Source: Microcystaceae cyanobacterium
Lineage (GTDB): Bacteria; Cyanobacteriota; Cyanobacteriia; Cyanobacteriales; Microcystaceae
Direction of reading: 5' to 3'
Assembly: GCA_041746575.1 (NCBI GenBank)
Contig: JBGTGT010000019.1
Span: 1 to 11,230, forward strand
Length of the DNA stretch: 11,230 bases
Both the position numbers and the translations under genes were made by a program. The notes beneath the pieces are model-generated. The model was not told where the DNA came from. It saw only the letters and a list, made by a program, of their open reading frames with translations, and searched no databases. Positions 7,828 to 11,230 of this stretch are shown piece after piece; within the stretch, counting starts at the first letter, position 1; each line of letters opens with the position of its first letter.

Positions 7828-7835
7828 GCGATCGC
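7828..7835. repeat. HIP1 octamer GCGATCGC
   Basis: Exact match. Confidence 0.85.
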
Positions 7836-7922
7836 TGTTCACTATGAACGTCTTTGCATAAATTAATCTAGGGCATTATTTCTTTTCTGAAGACAACCGC
7901 TCATCCTAATGGTTATTAACTG

Positions 7923-7949
7923 AAAAAAGACCAGCTTAATGCCAGTCTT
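7923..7949 (-). terminator. Intrinsic terminator of psaF-psaJ
   Basis: Minus-strand RNA AAGACUGGC-AUUAA-GCUGGUCUU-UUUU: 9-bp stem with two G-U pairs (folds well only on this strand) plus U tract, about 45 nt after the psaJ stop. Confidence 0.75.
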
Positions 7950-7992
7950 ACTGCTAAAAATTCCCTTTTTGATGTTTATATGAAATGAAATT

Positions 7993-8121
7993 CTATCCTA
8001 AAGGATGAAATAATAAATCCGGATAGAAACGATTGATTTCAATTAAAAGTCCCGCCGTGAAAACCATTAAAGCAGTTAATAGGACGGGGGCGGTTGCTAA
8101 AAATTTGAACAAACCTTCCAT
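7993..8121 (-). CDS. psaJ: Photosystem I reaction centre subunit IX (42 aa; not in the ORF track)
   Basis: Translated by hand: [50 protein letters not shown] upstream; directly downstream of psaF. Confidence 0.97.
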   Translation of the reverse strand: MEGLFKFLATAPVLLTALMVFTAGLLIEINRFYPDLLFHPLG

Positions 8122-8176
8122 TGATGATTCTCCCAAGGATTAATGTGACAGAATGGAAATGATTGGATGACAAAGC

Positions 8177-8671
8177 TTAACGAGGAGCGACAGGAATTTC
8201 AGTGTCTTTTCTCGTTAAATCACCAGAAAGATACTCTTGAACAGCTGCTAACGGCCATAAACCGCCTAAAAGCATTTTGCTGAAGGCTAAAGGAACATCG
8301 ATAATTACTTCCTTCATTTCAGTATCTTTGCTATCGCGGATGGCGATCAGGTAAGAACGGCCAGCCCAACCGATCCATCCTGCGATATACAGGAAGAGTA
8401 AAGATGGAATCAGGAAGTCTCCCATGTGGCTTAGACGACCATCTACAATTAAGTGAGGATAGCCTTCGGGTCCACAGAGAGCTTCTGCGTAACGTTCTGC
8501 CCGTTTTTGTCCTGATCGAGGATCATCCGTCGTATTACGGAATGTTTTAGCATTGGACAGATAAGCAGAAGATTCACTACAAGGTGTTAAATGAGCAAAA
8601 TCGGCATGAGCGGCCGGTGCAAAATTGAACCAGAGAGTGACAATGAGAATAAACGCCAACAATCGTTTCAT
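8177..8671 (-). CDS. psaF: Photosystem I reaction centre subunit III
   Basis: Signal peptide ending AHA, then [61 protein letters not shown]. Confidence 0.98.
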   Translation of the reverse strand: MKRLLAFILIVTLWFNFAPAAHADFAHLTPCSESSAYLSNAKTFRNTTDDPRSGQKRAERYAEALCGPEGYPHLIVDGRLSHMGDFLIPSLLFLYIAGWIGWAGRSYLIAIRDSKDTEMKEVIIDVPLAFSKMLLGGLWPLAAVQEYLSGDLTRKDTEIPVAPR

Positions 8672-8763
8672 AGAATTGTTTCCTTTTGTTACAAAAGACT
8701 AAGTTTTTCCTAAGCAACTGACAAAAACTAGCATAGGGACACGAACAAAATCTTAATCTGATT

Positions 8764-8793
8764 TAGACATTTCAGTCCAGCAAAGATTAAACT
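8764..8793 (+). promoter_or_regulatory. Candidate sigma70 promoter of tsaD
   Basis: TAGACA (8764-8769) - 18 nt - TAAACT (8788-8793), about 35 nt before the tsaD ATG. Confidence 0.4.
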
Positions 8794-8828
8794 ACAAAAA
8801 GTCGTCTTTCGTATCAACTTATCAGACA

Positions 8829-9869
8829 ATGGCTACTATTATCGCAATTGAAACAAGTTGTGACGAAACTGCCGTTGCAATTGTAAAAAATCGTAATATT
8901 CTAAGCAGTGTGGTGGCGTCTCAAATCGACCTTCATCGGAGGTTTGGTGGGGTTGTTCCTGAAATGGCCTCCCGTCAACATTTAACAACAATTAATGTTT
9001 GTTTAGAAGAAGCATTAACCCAATCCCATCTTTCATGGACAGAGATTGATGCTGTGGCGGCTACAGTTGCGCCCGGTTTAGTGGGAGCGTTAATGGTTGG
9101 ATTAACAACCGCTAAAACCCTCTGTATTTTGCATCAAAAACCCTTTATTGGAGTTCATCATCTCGAAGGACATATCTATGCGACTTATCTCAGCAAACCG
9201 TCTTGGCAACCACCCTTTCTGTGTTTATTAGTATCAGGAGGTCATACCAGTCTCATTCGAGTCAATGAATGCGGTGATTATCAACAATTAGGGGTGACGC
9301 ACGACGATGCGGCAGGGGAGGCTTTTGATAAAGTAGCGCGTTTACTTAAATTAAGCTATCCGGGGGGGCCTGCCATCGATAAATTAGCAAAAATGGGTAA
9401 CGCTGAGGCTTTTAGCCTACCTGAAGGACGAATTTCTTTACCCAATGGGGGTTTTCATCCCTACGATTTTAGTTTCAGTGGCTTAAAAACGGCGGTTTTG
9501 CGCTTGACACAACAGTTAGAGCAGGAAAATCCTGAATTACCGACAGCTGACTTAGCCGCCAGTTTTCAAGCAACGGTTGCCCGTTCTCTCACGAAAAAAA
9601 CCCTAACCTGTGCCTTAGATTACGGTATCTCTAAAATTGCGGTGGGGGGAGGCGTTGCCGCTAATAGCGAGTTAAGACGACAGTTACAAGCGGCCGCCCA
9701 AGAAGCTGGATTAACCGTTCATTTTCCGCCTTTAAGCCTTTGTACAGATAATGCCGCCATGATTGCTTGTGCTGCTGGTGATCATTTTGAGCAAGGTCAT
9801 GTTTCTTCTCTTAATTTAGGAGTACAATCCCGTTTAGAAATTACAAAAGTTATGGAGTTATACCACTGA
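8829..9869 (+). CDS. tsaD: tRNA N6-adenosine threonylcarbamoyltransferase
   Basis: [68 protein letters not shown] motifs. Confidence 0.98.
   Translation: MATIIAIETSCDETAVAIVKNRNILSSVVASQIDLHRRFGGVVPEMASRQHLTTINVCLEEALTQSHLSWTEIDAVAATVAPGLVGALMVGLTTAKTLCILHQKPFIGVHHLEGHIYATYLSKPSWQPPFLCLLVSGGHTSLIRVNECGDYQQLGVTHDDAAGEAFDKVARLLKLSYPGGPAIDKLAKMGNAEAFSLPEGRISLPNGGFHPYDFSFSGLKTAVLRLTQQLEQENPELPTADLAASFQATVARSLTKKTLTCALDYGISKIAVGGGVAANSELRRQLQAAAQEAGLTVHFPPLSLCTDNAAMIACAAGDHFEQGHVSSLNLGVQSRLEITKVMELYH
8838..8866 (-). promoter_or_regulatory. Candidate psaFJ core promoter inside the tsaD 5' coding region
   Basis: Minus strand TCGTCA (8861-8866) - 17 nt - GATAAT (8838-8843), with extended -10 TG at 8845-8846; implies a TSS near 8831. 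Confidence 0.5.
8880..8897 (-). promoter_or_regulatory. HLR1 (RpaB-binding) direct repeat upstream of the psaFJ promoter
   Basis: Minus strand ATTACGAT-TT-TTTACAAT versus consensus (G/T)TTACA(T/A)(T/A)-N2-repeat (6/8 and 8/8); about -49 to -66 from the predicted TSS, the position typical of PSI promoters. Confidence 0.6.
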
Positions 9870-10160
9870 ATTAAAGTTAATTTCAGAGAATTTTTTGACG
9901 AAGGGTAACTCATTATTTTGTACGTTTTCTCTCTTATTATAACTGGGTTTTATAAATCGGATTCAGTATCATTACTTATTGTCTAAACTGAGCTTTGCCT
10001 CAATCTTCCTAAACCGAACTTAGGTCACATTCAAGGGGTTATTTAAAATGTACAACAGCTTTGCTATTATCATAAGATTGAGAACCGAATTTACTGATTT
10101 TTGTCTTGTACCGAGCCTTATTAAAAATCGAAATATCGAAATAATGTTTAGGCTTTTGAT

Positions 10161-11015
10161 CTATTGACAGCTATAATGATAGGAAGAGTTTAAGTTAGAA
10201 TTGATATAGTTATTGAGGTAACTAATATCATCAATACTCAAATAGTCCGTAAAGCCTCCCACAACTCCCCTACGAATTTTGCAACTATCTTTTTCATTGT
10301 TTTCCTGCACACCAAACCTTCCATTCATTCTTAATTTTCCGCTTCGTTCTAGATTTTTCATATTTTCAAAAGATACAAACTTATCTGTTTTCTTAACAGC
10401 TTCCAAGTTTATAGGAATATCAACAAACTCGATAATTTTTAAGAGTTCTTCCTCCGGATTTTGACGCATATCTTCATAACAAATAATTAAAAAGGATCGA
10501 GGAATATGACGTTGAGCATGCCAAATATTTAAAAATTCTACTGCCTTTTTGATCCCAAAATGCTCATCTCTAATAAAATTACTTATACTGCCATTGTAAA
10601 CATTATCGCGCTTTGTACAATGCATATAATGGGAAACCATCACATCCCGTAAATCCCTAATTAATAAAATTACCTTTTTTCCTCTATACATCTTACTCTT
10701 ATCTTTTGGTAATTCTTCTGCTGTAAAGTTTTTATTTTGCGTATATGCTGATCCATCATGTACGAAAGCAATATAAGGGATTTTCGACATCCTCTGACTA
10801 ATATCGCTAATATCCTTATTTAAATTAAATTCATAATTGTATACATAAGAGCAATATTTGCTTAACATAAATCTGAGCCAACTTCTTCCTGACTTGGGGT
10901 AAGAGATCACATAAATTTCTGCTAACAAGTTCATTCGTAACTCAGGAATGCCTTGACAATAAGAGTGTTTTATGGAGTGTCTTAAATAAGAAATCACATT
11001 AGAAAGTTTAGCCAT
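10161..11015 (-). CDS. PAPS-dependent sulfotransferase (Sulfotransfer_1-like), 284 aa
   Basis: 5'-PSB motif VISYPKSGRSWL, 3'-PB motif KVILLIRDLRDVMVSHY, ICYEDM, SFENMK, KIRRGVVGG. Start placed at ATG 11015 because the upstream in-frame 22 codons run through the IS end. Confidence 0.9.
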   Translation of the reverse strand: MAKLSNVISYLRHSIKHSYCQGIPELRMNLLAEIYVISYPKSGRSWLRFMLSKYCSYVYNYEFNLNKDISDISQRMSKIPYIAFVHDGSAYTQNKNFTAEELPKDKSKMYRGKKVILLIRDLRDVMVSHYMHCTKRDNVYNGSISNFIRDEHFGIKKAVEFLNIWHAQRHIPRSFLIICYEDMRQNPEEELLKIIEFVDIPINLEAVKKTDKFVSFENMKNLERSGKLRMNGRFGVQENNEKDSCKIRRGVVGGFTDYLSIDDISYLNNYINSNLNSSYHYSCQ

Positions 11016-11023
11016 TTGCAATA

Positions 11024-11230
11024 GATCTCTCCATAATACTATAAAATTCCAAAAATAGAGTATAATTAAAGTAAAATTCAATTAAGTAACATCGATAAAA
11101 TGGACAATTACACTTGGGAATATATTCAGAAACATCCTAAAGAAACAAAAAGATTATTGGGAATTAATCATGAACAATTAAGACAATTGATAGAACAAGG
11201 AAAACTTCTCCATCCAAGAAAACAAGAAGA
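11024..11230 (+). mobile_element. Left end of an IS5-family (ISL2/IS702-group-like) insertion sequence, truncated by the window edge
   Basis: Candidate terminal repeat GATCTCTCCATAAT preceded by TA (11022-11023), TATAAT at 11061-11066, then a transposase-like ORF; the right end is not visible, so the boundary is tentative. Confidence 0.6.
11100..11230 (+). CDS. Transposase N-terminus (HTH_Tnp_4/DDE_Tnp_4 type), partial
   Basis: MDNYTWEYIQKHPKETKRLLGINHEQLRQLIEQGKLLHPRKQE... matches the (W/F)xYIQxxPxxTKxLLG...EQ start I recognise from cyanobacterial IS5-family transposases. Confidence 0.78.
   Translation, partial: MDNYTWEYIQKHPKETKRLLGINHEQLRQLIEQGKLLHPRKQE

Noticed and set aside
9866..9886. 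CTGAATTAA/TTAATTTCAG inverted repeat at the tsaD stop as a terminator
   Set aside because: AT-rich, bulged, tiny loop and no adjacent U tract; too weak to call
10164..10177. Perfect TTGACA and TATAAT hexamers
   Set aside because: Only 2 nt apart, so they cannot form one promoter; they lie in the last codons of the sulfotransferase
10158..11027. 9-bp inverted repeat GATCTATTG (10158-10166) / CAATAGATC (11019-11027) bracketing the sulfotransferase as a mobile cassette
   Set aside because: Does not extend beyond 9 bp, has no target duplication, and four bases of the right copy probably belong to the IS end; likely chance
11016..11081. Hydrophobic 22-aa N-terminal extension of the sulfotransferase as a signal or membrane anchor
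   Set aside because: Encoded mostly by the reverse strand of the AT-rich IS end; probably a fortuitous in-frame extension
1..11230. CRISPR array, tRNA/rRNA, known riboswitch, phage or defence genes
   Set aside because: No regularly spaced repeats, cloverleaf or recognisable motifs found by eye; a covariance-model search was not possible

Overview
Cyanobacterial chromosomal segment, judged from psaF-psaJ, the conserved divergent psaF/tsaD pair and HIP1 GCGATCGC octamers; probably a unicellular Chroococcales-type organism. Left half: a ~1670-aa modular glycoside hydrolase family 9 protein (unnamed Ig-like domain, Calx-beta, malectin, Calx-beta, Ig-like + GH9 catalytic module, Calx-beta, unknown C-terminal domain) converging on a glk-glcP (glucokinase + glucose permease) pair. 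glcP is broken by a frameshifting deletion of about 31 bp in the central loop, leaving two otherwise intact 6-TM halves. Middle: psaF, psaJ (missing from the ORF track) and tsaD; the psaFJ promoter and an RpaB/HLR1 site appear to lie inside the tsaD coding start. Right: a low-GC PAPS-dependent sulfotransferase, with an IS5-family (ISL2-group-like) element inserted just upstream of its start and truncated by the window edge. Most interesting ideas: a possible glucan-to-glucose scavenging module in a phototroph, and a permease that is either a recent pseudogene or a naturally split 6+6 TM transporter. All calls are by eye; no searches were run.
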